43,566 nucleotides of DNA from an uncultured Cytophagales bacterium. GTDB taxonomy: Bacteria > Bacteroidota > Bacteroidia > Cytophagales > Bernardetiaceae. The stretch is from assembly GCA_964537755.1 (NCBI GenBank), contig CAZIAQ010000002.1, positions 1-43,566 on the forward strand, written 5' to 3'. The translations under genes and the position numbers were made by a program. The notes under the pieces were generated by a model. It was given only the letters and a program-made list of their open reading frames with translations, was not told the DNA's origin and did not search any database. Positions 1-9,399 of this stretch are shown one piece after another (position 1 is the stretch's first letter; each line of letters starts with the position of its first letter).

Positions 1-130
1 AAGACAAGAGGAACAGCGTGGCCATCACTGCATACAAAATGCTGCTCATCAAAGGATTAAACCAACGATACAAGCCAATGCCCAACATCAGCAGTAAGGC
101 ATACCGCAAAAAGGGAAAAGGAATCCAATG
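1..130 (-). CDS. Partial CDS; N-terminus of a hydrophobic membrane protein that continues past the window start
   Basis: The reverse complement from about 130 downward reads ATG then MHWIPFPFLRYALLLMLGIGLYRWFNPLMSSILYAVMATLFLLS with no stop before position 1. It is hydrophobic and TM-like. It is too short for the ORF track, and no homology was recognised. Confidence 0.2.
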
Positions 131-214
131 CATGAGTGCTAAGATAAACAATACTGGCTTTGTGTCTTAACTTTTTTTCGGTTATTTTGCTTCAAAATTT
201 TCCTTTCCTGACCC

Positions 215-1234
215 ATGAGAAAACCAACTACACCCTTTGTTCTTTCCTTGCTGGGGCTTTTGTTCCTGAGCAACATCACCCCCGAAAAAAAAACCTACAT
301 GGTACAGATCGCCTCTTACTACGAAATCGTAAGGGCTGTCAGTGCCGGACAAGCCCTCGAAGCAGCCGTCGGGACGACTGTTTTTATTGAGACGCAGTGG
401 ATGGATAGCACCAAGCGCATTTATCGGCTCGTAGCCGGCGATCACGAGGAGATGTCTGATGCTAAGATCACCCTGGCACGGGCGCAAGTAGCAGGTTTTC
501 AGGATGCTTTTGTCAAACCCAAAACTGACCTGACCTACATCCCCGTCGCTCAGATCAAGCCGGAGGCGGCACAGCATCCCTACAACACCCTGGGCTACAA
601 AGAGTACGGCATTGCCTCCTATTATGCCCACGAGTTTGACAAAAAGTACACCTCCAACGGAGAAGTCTATGATATGGATGGCATCTCGGCGGCCCACAAC
701 ACGATACAATTCAATAGCCTTGTCCGGGTAACAAACCAAAAAAACGGCAAACAGCTCATCGTCAGGATCAACGACAGGGGGCCTTTCGTCAAAAACCGCA
801 TCTTAGACCTCTCCCGTGGGGCAGCCCGCAAGCTGGGCATGGTGCGCGATGGCATCGTACCGATTGAGTTGGAGATGATTCGGGTGGGGGCAGATGGCCC
901 ACGCTTGCAGTCGGTGGAGGCTGCCGTCTCGATTCCAAACAAAAACCTACACCGCACGCTGACCTACGACGTATGGGGAACGCCGCGCCGCACGAGTAAG
1001 TACGGCGTGCAGATGGCTTCCTATGATCTGCTTTTTAAGGCCGTCAAGTTGGGCAACGAACTGCGAACCAAAGGCTACCAAGATGTGTTCATACAAGAAG
1101 GCTGGACACAAAACCACGAGGTTACGTTTCGGGTCATTGTTGGGGATCGGGCCAAGTCCCTGGCCGCCGGCGATAAACTTCTGCTCGAAAAAGACTATCC
1201 GGGCTGCTTTGTAAAACCACATTTCAATTTCTAA
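215..1234 (+). CDS. rlpA: Septal-ring lytic transglycosylase RlpA-family protein with a signal peptide and N- and C-terminal SPOR domains
   Basis: There is a signal peptide ([19 protein letters not shown]). The central DPBB/RlpA core reads [43 protein letters not shown]...[31 protein letters not shown]-like segments flank it ([14 protein letters not shown]... and [28 protein letters not shown]). Confidence 0.75.
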   Translation: MRKPTTPFVLSLLGLLFLSNITPEKKTYMVQIASYYEIVRAVSAGQALEAAVGTTVFIETQWMDSTKRIYRLVAGDHEEMSDAKITLARAQVAGFQDAFVKPKTDLTYIPVAQIKPEAAQHPYNTLGYKEYGIASYYAHEFDKKYTSNGEVYDMDGISAAHNTIQFNSLVRVTNQKNGKQLIVRINDRGPFVKNRILDLSRGAARKLGMVRDGIVPIELEMIRVGADGPRLQSVEAAVSIPNKNLHRTLTYDVWGTPRRTSKYGVQMASYDLLFKAVKLGNELRTKGYQDVFIQEGWTQNHEVTFRVIVGDRAKSLAAGDKLLLEKDYPGCFVKPHFNF

Positions 1235-1247
1235 AAAAATAACAATC

Positions 1248-2546
1248 ATGCAACGCGACAAAGAACTATTTCAACTCATTGATAAAGAAGAAGAACGCCA
1301 ACGCCGAGGGATTGAACTGATTGCTTCCGAAAACTTCGCCTCCCCCCAGGTACGAGAAGCCGCTGGTAGTGTCCTGACCAACAAATACGCCGAAGGGCTG
1401 CCCGGCAAACGCTACTACGGCGGCTGTGAAGTCGTCGATCAAGTCGAAGACCTGGCCCGCCAACGCGCCCAAGCACTCTTTGGGGCCCAGTGGTCAAACG
1501 TCCAACCACACTCGGGGGCGCAAGCCAACATGGCCGTCATGCTGGCTACCTTGCAGGCAGGCGATACCATCCTGGGCTTTGATCTCTCCCATGGTGGGCA
1601 TCTCTCGCACGGCTCCCCCGTCAATTTTTCGGGCAAAATCTACCGAGCCACGTTTTATGGCGTAGAAAAAGAAACAGGCCTGATCGACTGGAACCGCGTA
1701 GCCGATACCGCCCGCAAGGAAAAACCCAAGATGATTATCTGCGGGGCCTCTGCCTACTCCCGCGACTGGGACTACGCCACCCTGCGAGAGATCGCCGATG
1801 CCCAAAACGCCCTCTTGCTTGCCGATATTTCACACCCTTCTGGACTGATTGCCAAAGGTTTACTCAACGATCCGGTCAAGCACTGCCACATCATAACCAC
1901 CACCACCCACAAAACCCTGCGCGGCCCCCGAGGTGGGCTGATCCTGATGGGCGAAGACTTTGAAAACCCCTTCGGCTTGCGCACCCCCAAGGGCAACCTC
2001 CGGATGATGTCCGCCCTACTCGATAGCGGCGTATTCCCGGGGACACAAGGCGGGCCACTCGAGCATATCATCGCCGCCAAGGCTGTCGCCTTCGGGGAGG
2101 CTCTCACCGACGACTTCAAGCACTACGTAACACAAGTGCGCCAAAACGCCCAAGCCCTGGCAGAGGCTTTCCTCAAACGCGGCTATGAGATCATTTCTGG
2201 CGGAACAGACAATCACCTCATCTTGATTGACTTGCGATCCAAAGGACTCACCGGAAAACTCGCCGAAAACACCCTGATCCAGGCCGACATCACGATCAAC
2301 AAGAACATGGTTCCCTTCGATGACAAATCTCCCTTCACCACATCGGGAATGCGCCTCGGGACAGCTGCCGTTACGACCCGTGGGTTGGTGGCCCAGGATA
2401 TGGAACGCATCGCCGATGCCATCGACCGCGTCTTGATGAACCACGATAATACCGCCATCATTGGGCAGGTTCGGGAAGAGATCAACCACTGGATGAGCCA
2501 GTACGATCTCTTTCAGTGGCCATCGTCCCAAGTCCTGACGGCGTAA
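1248..2546 (+). CDS. glyA: Serine hydroxymethyltransferase
   Basis: 432 aa with full-length SHMT signatures: IELIASENF, the [13 protein letters not shown] region, and the PLP-lysine motif [14 protein letters not shown]. Confidence 0.95.
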   Translation: MQRDKELFQLIDKEEERQRRGIELIASENFASPQVREAAGSVLTNKYAEGLPGKRYYGGCEVVDQVEDLARQRAQALFGAQWSNVQPHSGAQANMAVMLATLQAGDTILGFDLSHGGHLSHGSPVNFSGKIYRATFYGVEKETGLIDWNRVADTARKEKPKMIICGASAYSRDWDYATLREIADAQNALLLADISHPSGLIAKGLLNDPVKHCHIITTTTHKTLRGPRGGLILMGEDFENPFGLRTPKGNLRMMSALLDSGVFPGTQGGPLEHIIAAKAVAFGEALTDDFKHYVTQVRQNAQALAEAFLKRGYEIISGGTDNHLILIDLRSKGLTGKLAENTLIQADITINKNMVPFDDKSPFTTSGMRLGTAAVTTRGLVAQDMERIADAIDRVLMNHDNTAIIGQVREEINHWMSQYDLFQWPSSQVLTA

Positions 2547-2584
2547 GCGTTGCCATTTCATCACCAACTATCCTATCCTATCCT

Positions 2585-2908
2585 ATGCTACAACTACTGA
2601 TGGCCAGTTTGCTGTGCCTTTCGCTCTCCACCACGTCCAGTTTTCACTTCAAGAGTATCCGCGCCGAGCAACATACGCTAAGTTGGCAGGTAGCCAACGA
2701 ACAGCGGTTTGGGCAGTTCTTTATCCAGCGCAAGCGCACCCACACCTGGGTTAGTTTCAAGGTGATGAACTGCAAAGGGGAAAAAGGCGTTGTGGGCTAC
2801 GCCTTACCCGTAATGCTACAAAAGGGCGAAAATCACCTACGGATCAAGTACCTTGATCTGGCCGGGCGTTCACATTATTCTCCCGAAGTTTCGATGTGGA
2901 TAGAATAA
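2585..2908 (+). CDS. Hypothetical small secreted protein (108 aa from the internal ATG)
   Basis: The ORF 2516..2908 overlaps the glyA 3' end. An internal Met at 2585 gives MLQLLMASLLCLSLSTTSS, which looks like a signal peptide. No family was recognised. Codon bias is only moderately coding-like. Confidence 0.3.
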   Translation: MLQLLMASLLCLSLSTTSSFHFKSIRAEQHTLSWQVANEQRFGQFFIQRKRTHTWVSFKVMNCKGEKGVVGYALPVMLQKGENHLRIKYLDLAGRSHYSPEVSMWIE

Positions 2909-2983
2909 ATTTTCGTAAGTTTGTTGGTTAATTTTTTTGCCTTTTTTGTAGCCTTTTGCCCTCAACAAAATGTATTGTCTAGC

Positions 2984-4774
2984 ATGAAAAATATCCGTAA
3001 CTTCTGCATCATTGCCCACATTGACCACGGAAAAAGCACCCTGGCGGATCGCCTGCTGGACATGACAGAAACCGTAACCGAGCGTGAGCGGCAAGATCAA
3101 CTGCTCGACAACATGGATCTCGAACGCGAACGGGGCATCACGATCAAGAGCCATGCCATCCAGATGGGATACACTTACGCCGGTGAGCGCTACACCCTCA
3201 ACCTGATCGACACGCCGGGCCACGTTGATTTTTCGTATGAAGTCTCCCGATCCATCGCCGCCTGTGAAGGGGCTTTACTGATCGTAGATGCAGCACAAGG
3301 CATCGAAGCACAAACGATCTCTAACCTTTATCTGGCCCTGGAACACGACCTGACGATCATTCCGGTACTCAACAAAATCGACCTCCCGAGTGCCGACCCC
3401 GAGTACGTCGGCGATCAGGTCATGGACTTGATCGGCTGTGATCCCGAAGACCTTATTCCGGCCAGTGGCAAAACAGGACTAGGCGTAGATAAAATTCTGG
3501 AAGCCATCGTAACGCGCATCCCCGCCCCGAAGGGTTCGCCTGACGCACCACTGCAAGCCCTCATTTTTGATTCGGTCTATAATCCGTTTCGGGGGGTGGA
3601 GGTGTACTTTCGGGTAATGAACGGCACACTCCGCAAGGGGGAAGCCGTGAAGTTTTTGGCGACCGGACGCGAGTACGAAGCCGACGAAATCGGCATCCTG
3701 GGGCTGGTGCAGCAGCCGCGCCAGGAGATTTCGGCAGGCAATGTAGGCTACCTCATCTCGGGCATCAAGGCGGCCAAAGAGGTAAAAGTAGGAGACACGA
3801 TCACGCATGTCAAGAACGGTAGTGATTTGGCAATCAGGGGTTTTGAAGATGTCAAGCCGATGGTTTTTGCGGGCGTTTATCCCGTCGATACGACGGAGTT
3901 TGAGGAGTTACGGGCTTCGATGGAAAAGCTACAACTCAACGACGCTTCGCTCGTCTGGGAGCCCGAGACTTCGGCGGCTTTGGGCTATGGCTTCCGCTGT
4001 GGCTTCCTGGGGATGCTGCACATGGAGATCGTGCAAGAGCGGCTAGAGCGGGAGTTCAACATGACCGTCATCATGACCGTTCCCTCGGTGCAGTTTTTGG
4101 CGACCACCAAAAGAGGGGAGGTTATCAAAGTCAATGCCCCTTCGGATATGCCCGATCCCTCCATCCTCGAGCATACGCAGGAGCCGTTCATTAAGGCTTC
4201 CATCATCACCAAGTCGGATTACATCGGTGCCGTGATTAGCTTGTGTGTCGAGAAACGGGGCGAGATACAAAACCAGTCGTTCTTGACAACGGATCGTGTG
4301 GAACTGATCTTTTTGATGCCCCTGGCCGAGATCGTCTTTGATTTCTTCGATAAGCTCAAGACCATTTCGCGGGGCTATGCCTCACTGGATTATGAGCTTG
4401 TTGGGATGCGCCAATCCCAGATGGTCAAGCTCGACATCATGCTCAACGGCGACCGTGTCGATGCCCTCTCTGCGATCGTACACCGAAGCAAAGCCTACGA
4501 CTGGGGAAAGCGTATCTGCGAAAAACTCAAAGACTTACTCCCGCGCCAGCAGTTCGAGATTGCCATACAAGCCAGTATCGGAACAAAGGTTATCGCCCGC
4601 GAGAGTGTCCGCGCACTCCGCAAAAACGTAACGGCCAAGTGCTACGGTGGCGATATTTCGCGGAAGCGAAAACTCCTCGAAAAACAAAAGAAAGGCAAAA
4701 AGCGGATGCGACAAATTGGTAACGTTGAGGTGCCACAAGAAGCCTTTATGGCCGTTTTGAAGCTAGACGATTAG
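2984..4774 (+). CDS. lepA: Translation elongation factor 4 (LepA)
   Basis: Start chosen at [25 protein letters not shown] (G1 motif AHIDHGKST). DTPGHVDF and NKIDLP are present, along with the LepA-specific C-terminal domain. The upstream in-frame extension (MLVNFFAFF...) is rejected as non-homologous. Confidence 0.93.
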   Translation: MKNIRNFCIIAHIDHGKSTLADRLLDMTETVTERERQDQLLDNMDLERERGITIKSHAIQMGYTYAGERYTLNLIDTPGHVDFSYEVSRSIAACEGALLIVDAAQGIEAQTISNLYLALEHDLTIIPVLNKIDLPSADPEYVGDQVMDLIGCDPEDLIPASGKTGLGVDKILEAIVTRIPAPKGSPDAPLQALIFDSVYNPFRGVEVYFRVMNGTLRKGEAVKFLATGREYEADEIGILGLVQQPRQEISAGNVGYLISGIKAAKEVKVGDTITHVKNGSDLAIRGFEDVKPMVFAGVYPVDTTEFEELRASMEKLQLNDASLVWEPETSAALGYGFRCGFLGMLHMEIVQERLEREFNMTVIMTVPSVQFLATTKRGEVIKVNAPSDMPDPSILEHTQEPFIKASIITKSDYIGAVISLCVEKRGEIQNQSFLTTDRVELIFLMPLAEIVFDFFDKLKTISRGYASLDYELVGMRQSQMVKLDIMLNGDRVDALSAIVHRSKAYDWGKRICEKLKDLLPRQQFEIAIQASIGTKVIARESVRALRKNVTAKCYGGDISRKRKLLEKQKKGKKRMRQIGNVEVPQEAFMAVLKLDD

Positions 4775-4798
4775 GCCAATACAAATCTATTGCCTAGC

Positions 4799-4825
4799 TT
4801 TGATGCACACAAACCAACCGCTTTG
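4799..4825 (+). promoter_or_regulatory. Putative Bacteroidota sigma-A type promoter (TTTG ... TTTG) upstream of the acidic ORF
   Basis: TTTG at ~4799-4802 and a second TTTG at ~4822-4825, ending 6 nt before the ATG at 4831. This resembles the -33 TTTG / -7 TAnnTTTG architecture but lacks the TA. Confidence 0.2.
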
Positions 4826-4830
4826 TTTCC

Positions 4831-5148
4831 ATGAAAACGAACCCACTGTACGCCGCTTTGAGCGCACGATACGAAGCCGACATGAAGGCGGCCATTGCCC
4901 AGATTGAGTGCTACTTCACCGGAAAAACCATGGCCGCGCCCGGGGCTGATCTGTTGGATACGCTCAATGAGCAGTTTGAAAAACTCATCCAAGCCGAGGA
5001 GAAACTAGAAGCCCTTGAAGACTTCTTCAACGAAGACGGCACTGCCCTGGACTACGAAGAAGACGAGGATGACGATGACGAGGATGAAAGCATCTGGTAC
5101 GTAAGCGATGATGAAGACGAGGACGAATCAGAGGATACCATCGACTAG
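4831..5148 (+). CDS. Hypothetical small protein with an extremely acidic C-terminal tail
   Basis: 105 aa. The N-terminal part is predicted helical (LNEQFEKLIQAEEKLEALEDFF). The C-terminal ~45 residues are almost entirely D/E (DYEEDEDDDDEDESIWYVSDDEDEDESEDTID). Third codon positions are G/C-rich like neighbouring genes. Confidence 0.45.
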   Translation: MKTNPLYAALSARYEADMKAAIAQIECYFTGKTMAAPGADLLDTLNEQFEKLIQAEEKLEALEDFFNEDGTALDYEEDEDDDDEDESIWYVSDDEDEDESEDTID

Positions 5149-5170
5149 CCTATTAAATTGCCGTCCGCTT

Positions 5171-5902
5171 ATGGGACATCTTATATTGTCTGTTTTTTCC
5201 TGGTTCATCGTGGCCTCCTGTGGTAGTGCAGACTTTTTGGAGGAGCAAAAAAAATATCCCCGTGTACGGGAGGCCATCGACCAAAAGCAAGCAGTTGTTG
5301 AGGGTTATCTCCTGGACAAAGGCTTATCCATTAAGGACTTTTCCCTTATTCTGGTTGCTTACAAGGATAGCGATACCCTCGAAATTTTTGCCAAAGCTGC
5401 CATTGATTCCACCTTTGCCCCCCTGGTGAGCTATCCGATTTGCGCCCGCTCCGGGCGATTAGGTCCCAAACGCCAGCAAGGCGACCTGCAAGTACCCGAG
5501 GGCTTTTATCACATCGACCGCTTCAATCCCCGTAGCAATTTTCACTTATCGCTCGGGATCAATTATCCCAATGCCTCAGATCGCAAAAAAAGCACGGCTT
5601 CCAGGCTCGGCGGCGATATTTTTATTCATGGCAGTTGCGTAACGATTGGCTGCCTGCCCATGACCGATGAGGCGATCAAAGAGATTTACCTCCTAGCCGT
5701 TCATGCCCGCAACAACGGACAAGAAAAAATTCCGGTCTATATCTTTCCTTTCCGCATGAGCCAAACAGCCATCGACAAGCAGACCAACGCCCCAGAGCTA
5801 CGTACCTTCTGGCAGAACCTCCTGACGGGCTACCAGACTTTCCAAACCCAGAAAAAAGCCCTGCCGGTGCGCATCAACGAACAGGGGGATTATCTGTTTT
5901 GA
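5171..5902 (+). CDS. L,D-transpeptidase catalytic-domain family lipoprotein (YkuD_2-like)
   Basis: Start chosen at MGHLILSVFSWFIVASCGS, a lipoprotein signal with a lipobox Cys. The conserved block is SYPICARSGRLGPKRQQGDLQVPEGFYHI...LSLGINYPN...GGDIFIHGSCVTIGCLPMTD, with a His/Cys catalytic pair typical of the Bacteroidota L,D-transpeptidase-like family. Confidence 0.5.
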   Translation: MGHLILSVFSWFIVASCGSADFLEEQKKYPRVREAIDQKQAVVEGYLLDKGLSIKDFSLILVAYKDSDTLEIFAKAAIDSTFAPLVSYPICARSGRLGPKRQQGDLQVPEGFYHIDRFNPRSNFHLSLGINYPNASDRKKSTASRLGGDIFIHGSCVTIGCLPMTDEAIKEIYLLAVHARNNGQEKIPVYIFPFRMSQTAIDKQTNAPELRTFWQNLLTGYQTFQTQKKALPVRINEQGDYLF

Positions 5903-6893
5903 GTTTTTTCTTTTGGATTATACTCACCAGCAGACAAATACCACCCACAGCTACCACGCCTAGCGTCTGGGAGCCATGAATCAAGAAAGCAAAATCCTCG
6001 GCATCTGCTCGCCCTACACCGAAGGCTGCCACCCCCACGCTCACGAAGAGATGATAAAACCCAATACCAGCCTGCACGGGCATCAGCATACCGAAGCTAC
6101 CCATCATCAGAACCACAAAACCAGCCGATAACCCCAGGTCTTCTGTGGCAGGCAATGCCGGAAAAAGGATATAGGTCATCAGAAAATACAAAAACCAGAT
6201 CAAAAAAGAGTGAAGCAAATACTGCCACAACAACGAAGCCTCCATGTGTAAGACGCTCAACAGCCCCAAGCGCATCCCCCGCAAAAACGAAATGCCCTTT
6301 GCCAAAATGGACACCCGAGAAAGGCGTTCCCGAAACAAGTACACCACACCCAACCCTAAGCCCAGGAGCAAAACCGTTACCCCAGCCAGCAGCAGTTTTT
6401 GACGGAAGGCATCCTCCTGAGCCCCGATCTGTTCCAGGACAAACTGTCCCACCCGCGAGAACTCCAAAACCAGGGTAAGGCAAATAATCAACACCAAAAA
6501 CAACAGGTCGATGACCCGCTCGGTTACGACAGTGCCGAATGACACCGTAAAAGGCACGTTTTCAGACTTTTGTAAAACTGCACAACGCGAAAACTCACCC
6601 ATACGCGGGATCACCAGGTTGGCCAGATGGCTAATCATCACGGCCACAAAAGCAGAACCCAGCGAACTCCGGTACCCCAACGGACGCAAAGCAATCACCC
6701 ACCGCCAGGCCCGGCTCAAATGGCTCAACATCGCAAACAAAAAAGACAACACGATCCACTCCCAACGCACCAATGCCGTATCCGGCCAAAAATCCGATAA
6801 CTCCCGATGCCCATATACATAAGCAAACAAAGCCGCCGCCAAAAGTAACGATAGGCTGTACTGAATCAGGCTTTTAAAATCTATACCCATCAA
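5874..6893 (-). CDS. UPF0104 / lysylphosphatidylglycerol-synthase (MprF flippase)-like transmembrane protein
   Basis: 339 aa with ~8 TM helices. The conserved N-terminal region reads LRWEWIVLSFLFAMLSHLSRAWRWVIALRPLGYRSSLGSAFVAVMISHLANLVIPRMGEFSRCAVL, characteristic of the UPF0104 family. Confidence 0.6.
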   Translation of the reverse strand: MMGIDFKSLIQYSLSLLLAAALFAYVYGHRELSDFWPDTALVRWEWIVLSFLFAMLSHLSRAWRWVIALRPLGYRSSLGSAFVAVMISHLANLVIPRMGEFSRCAVLQKSENVPFTVSFGTVVTERVIDLLFLVLIICLTLVLEFSRVGQFVLEQIGAQEDAFRQKLLLAGVTVLLLGLGLGVVYLFRERLSRVSILAKGISFLRGMRLGLLSVLHMEASLLWQYLLHSFLIWFLYFLMTYILFPALPATEDLGLSAGFVVLMMGSFGMLMPVQAGIGFYHLFVSVGVAAFGVGRADAEDFAFLIHGSQTLGVVAVGGICLLVSIIQKKKLKTDNPPVR

Positions 6894-6920
6894 GCAAAGC
6901 TACAAAACAAATGCAGATCA

Positions 6921-6945
6921 TTTACAAACAAAATGCCTATCTTTG
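6921..6945 (+). promoter_or_regulatory. Putative Bacteroidota -7 element (TAtcTTTG) upstream of the 6959 ORF
   Basis: TATCTTTG at ~6938-6945 sits 14 nt before the ATG and is preceded by TTTA about 17 nt upstream. It matches the TAnnTTTG consensus. Confidence 0.25.
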
Positions 6946-6958
6946 TCCCAAAAAGTAA

Positions 6959-7609
6959 GTGATGAGAAGCTACACCACATTGTTTTTTCTGCTCGCCAGT
7001 GTTTTGCTGCTAAGCTGTCAGCCCAAAAAAGCAGAAATGCCCGAAGGTGCCGAGGAAGCCGAAACGGTCGATATATGGGAGGGCGTACCCATAGAGGAGT
7101 TCGTCGATACCCGCCCGGTACAGGTGCGCTACACCGAAGTTACGCAACAACTCGATAGCCTTTGGCAAGACATACACACCGCCGATAGCATCAAGCACGC
7201 TGCCTTACGCGCCCTCGAAGGAACCCTCCCACAGACACCTGGATTTGCGATGCAAAAGGAGTTTGCCACGATGGTAGCTCACTCAAGGTGGCTCGAAAAG
7301 CGTCCGCTTACCTATCAGATCATCGGAACGACGGACGAAATCGAAGCCTACGATCAGCACCTGGACGGCTTTATTGAACTGGCCGACTCGATCATACAAA
7401 ATACCCGAAACCTCGACGCCGAGACCGCCCGCTACCTCAACATGATCTTTGATGCCGATGCCGATGACCTCCTGCGCCGCACCCGTTACGAATCCCTTGT
7501 CCAGACCCACAACCAAATCCTGGAAGAGCAAAAAGATTCGCTCGAGTACTTAGGATTCCAAAATCTAAGCCCCCTACCCATCTTTGCCTATCAGGGACGT
7601 ATCCAGTAG
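6959..7609 (+). CDS. Hypothetical lipoprotein
   Basis: MMRSYTTLFFLLASVLLLSCQPKK is a signal peptide with a lipobox Cys. The remainder is acidic and helical. No family was recognised. Confidence 0.5.
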   Translation: MMRSYTTLFFLLASVLLLSCQPKKAEMPEGAEEAETVDIWEGVPIEEFVDTRPVQVRYTEVTQQLDSLWQDIHTADSIKHAALRALEGTLPQTPGFAMQKEFATMVAHSRWLEKRPLTYQIIGTTDEIEAYDQHLDGFIELADSIIQNTRNLDAETARYLNMIFDADADDLLRRTRYESLVQTHNQILEEQKDSLEYLGFQNLSPLPIFAYQGRIQ

Positions 7610-7663
7610 GCTCAACAAAACGTTTTTTATTCAATTTCTCAAAAACAAAACAAAATATTTTTT

Positions 7664-8905
7664 ATGGAAACGATCCTCGAAAAACCGCCTGTGCCGTCAG
7701 TTGCGAATATCCCCCTGACACCGCGTCAGCAACCCGATTTATTTGAAGCCCCTGATTATTACGCCCTTGATGCACTCCTGGAAGAAGAACACCTGATGGT
7801 ACGCGACAGCGTCCGGCAGTTTGTCAGTCGTGAAATCATGCCGATCATCGAAGAGTGCGCCCAGAAAAGCTATTTTCCCCAACATATCATCCGCAAGTTT
7901 GGGGAAGTGGGTGCTTTTGGGGTCAATATCCCGAGCGAGTACGGCGGGGGTGGTCTCGATTATATTGCCTACGGACTAGCTGCCCAGGAAATTGAGCGCG
8001 GCGATTCGGGTATGCGCTCGGTGGCTTCGGTGCAGAGTTCGTTGGTCATGTATCCGATCTGGAAGTTTGGCTCCGAAGCCCAACGCCAAAAATACCTCCC
8101 CAAGCTAGCCAGTGGCGAACTCCTGGGCTGTTTTGGTCTCACCGAACCCTCTCATGGCTCGAACCCCAGCGGGATGCTCTCCCGATTTGAGGACAAAGGC
8201 GATCACTATCTCCTCAATGGAGCCAAGATGTGGATCACCAACTCACCCCTGGCCGATATAGCTGTTGTGTGGGCAAAGAGCGAAGCCGGACGTATCCATG
8301 GACTGATCGTAGAACGCGGTATGGAAGGCTTTTCGGCCCCCGAAATACACGGCAAGTGGTCGTTGCGGGCGAGCATTACGGGCGAGCTGGTCTTTGATAA
8401 CGTCCGTGTCCCGAAGGAAAACCTTCTGCCCAACAAGTCGGGCTTGGGCGCGCCCATGATGTGCCTGGATTCGGCCCGCTATGGCATTGCCTGGGGAGCC
8501 ATCGGAGCGGCGATGTCTTGCTACGATGCCGCCTTACGCTACGCTAAGGAGCGCATTCAATTTGATCGCCCCATTGCAGGGTTCCAACTGATCCAGAAGA
8601 AGTTAGCCGAAATGCTCACCGAGATTACCAAAGCCCAACTCCTTGCCTGGCGGCTCGGAACGCTGATGAATGCCGGCAAAGCCAGCACGGCACAAATCTC
8701 GATGGCTAAGCGAAACAATGTAGCTATGGCTCTGGATATTGCCCGCGAGAGCCGACAAATTCTCGGCGGCATGGGCATCACGGACGACTACCCCATCATG
8801 CGCCACATGATGAACCTTGAATCCGTGGTTACCTACGAAGGCACACATGATATTCACTTGCTCATCCTGGGGCATGACATCACGGGTATCCAGGCGTTTC
8901 GGTAA
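7664..8905 (+). CDS. gcdH: Glutaryl-CoA dehydrogenase (acyl-CoA dehydrogenase family)
   Basis: 413 aa. The match to GCDH is full-length (SVQSSLVMYPIWKFGSEAQRQKYLPKLASGELLGCFGLTEPSHGS...KMWITNSPLADI...YEGTHDIHLLILGHDITGIQAF), with near-identical blocks relative to human GCDH by recollection. Confidence 0.85.
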   Translation: METILEKPPVPSVANIPLTPRQQPDLFEAPDYYALDALLEEEHLMVRDSVRQFVSREIMPIIEECAQKSYFPQHIIRKFGEVGAFGVNIPSEYGGGGLDYIAYGLAAQEIERGDSGMRSVASVQSSLVMYPIWKFGSEAQRQKYLPKLASGELLGCFGLTEPSHGSNPSGMLSRFEDKGDHYLLNGAKMWITNSPLADIAVVWAKSEAGRIHGLIVERGMEGFSAPEIHGKWSLRASITGELVFDNVRVPKENLLPNKSGLGAPMMCLDSARYGIAWGAIGAAMSCYDAALRYAKERIQFDRPIAGFQLIQKKLAEMLTEITKAQLLAWRLGTLMNAGKASTAQISMAKRNNVAMALDIARESRQILGGMGITDDYPIMRHMMNLESVVTYEGTHDIHLLILGHDITGIQAFR

Positions 8906-8910
8906 GTCAA

Positions 8911-9360
8911 TTAAAGGTTACGAATCTTCTCGAGGGTCTCTTTGATGTGTATTTCGGCATCGAAGAGGTCTTCGACAACGGCCGCCACGCGGTGCGACTT
9001 ATCCAGCACGTAGGTTACTCGCTTAGAAATGCCAAAAAGCGGAATAGCCGATTTGTAGGCTTTGGTTGTTGCTCCGTCTTCGTCGGCCAGCAGATCAAAG
9101 GGCAGTTTGTACTTTTCCTTGAAACGGTGGTGGGTCGCCAGGTCGTCTCGACTGATACCTACCACTGTTACATCTAAGTTCCGAAAAGCCATAAACTGAT
9201 CTCGGAAGGTGCAGGCTTCTTTGGTGCATACACCCGTGAAGTCTTTGGGATAAAAAAACAAAACCAACACCTGTCCTTTGTAATCGTTCAGGACAAAGTC
9301 TTTGCCCGCCGTAGAGGGCAGTTGGAAATTGGGGGCGAGATCGCCTACGTTGAGTGGCAT
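8911..9360 (-). CDS. bcp: Thioredoxin-dependent peroxiredoxin Bcp
   Basis: 149 aa with FFYPKDFTGVCTKEAC, which carries the peroxidatic and resolving Cys of the Bcp/PrxQ subfamily. Confidence 0.85.
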   Translation of the reverse strand: MPLNVGDLAPNFQLPSTAGKDFVLNDYKGQVLVLFFYPKDFTGVCTKEACTFRDQFMAFRNLDVTVVGISRDDLATHHRFKEKYKLPFDLLADEDGATTKAYKSAIPLFGISKRVTYVLDKSHRVAAVVEDLFDAEIHIKETLEKIRNL

Positions 9361-9399
9361 AAGAATTTTGCTTTGGAGATAAGATAAAAACCAGCAGGC

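Noticed and set aside
182-739. 185-aa minus-strand ORF inside the rlpA region
   Set aside because: It is antisense to a CDS with clear RlpA/SPOR motifs and has no recognisable domain. It is a shadow ORF.
2921-2983. N-terminal extension of lepA ([21 protein letters not shown])
   Set aside because: LepA homology starts at MKNIRNF and the extension is hydrophobic junk, so the start is set at 2984. The same logic applies to the clpS, crcB, M23, PAP2, DUF2892 and GNAT/CN-hydrolase starts.
4775-4830. Imperfect hairpin GGCCAATA..TATTGCC after lepA as a terminator
   Set aside because: The stem is bulged and short and is not followed by a T-tract, so it was not called.
6097-6483. Overlapping 128-aa (-) and 107-aa (+) ORFs inside the UPF0104 membrane-protein gene
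   Set aside because: The P/G/T/K-rich translations carry no motifs, while the host frame encodes a coherent 8-TM protein.
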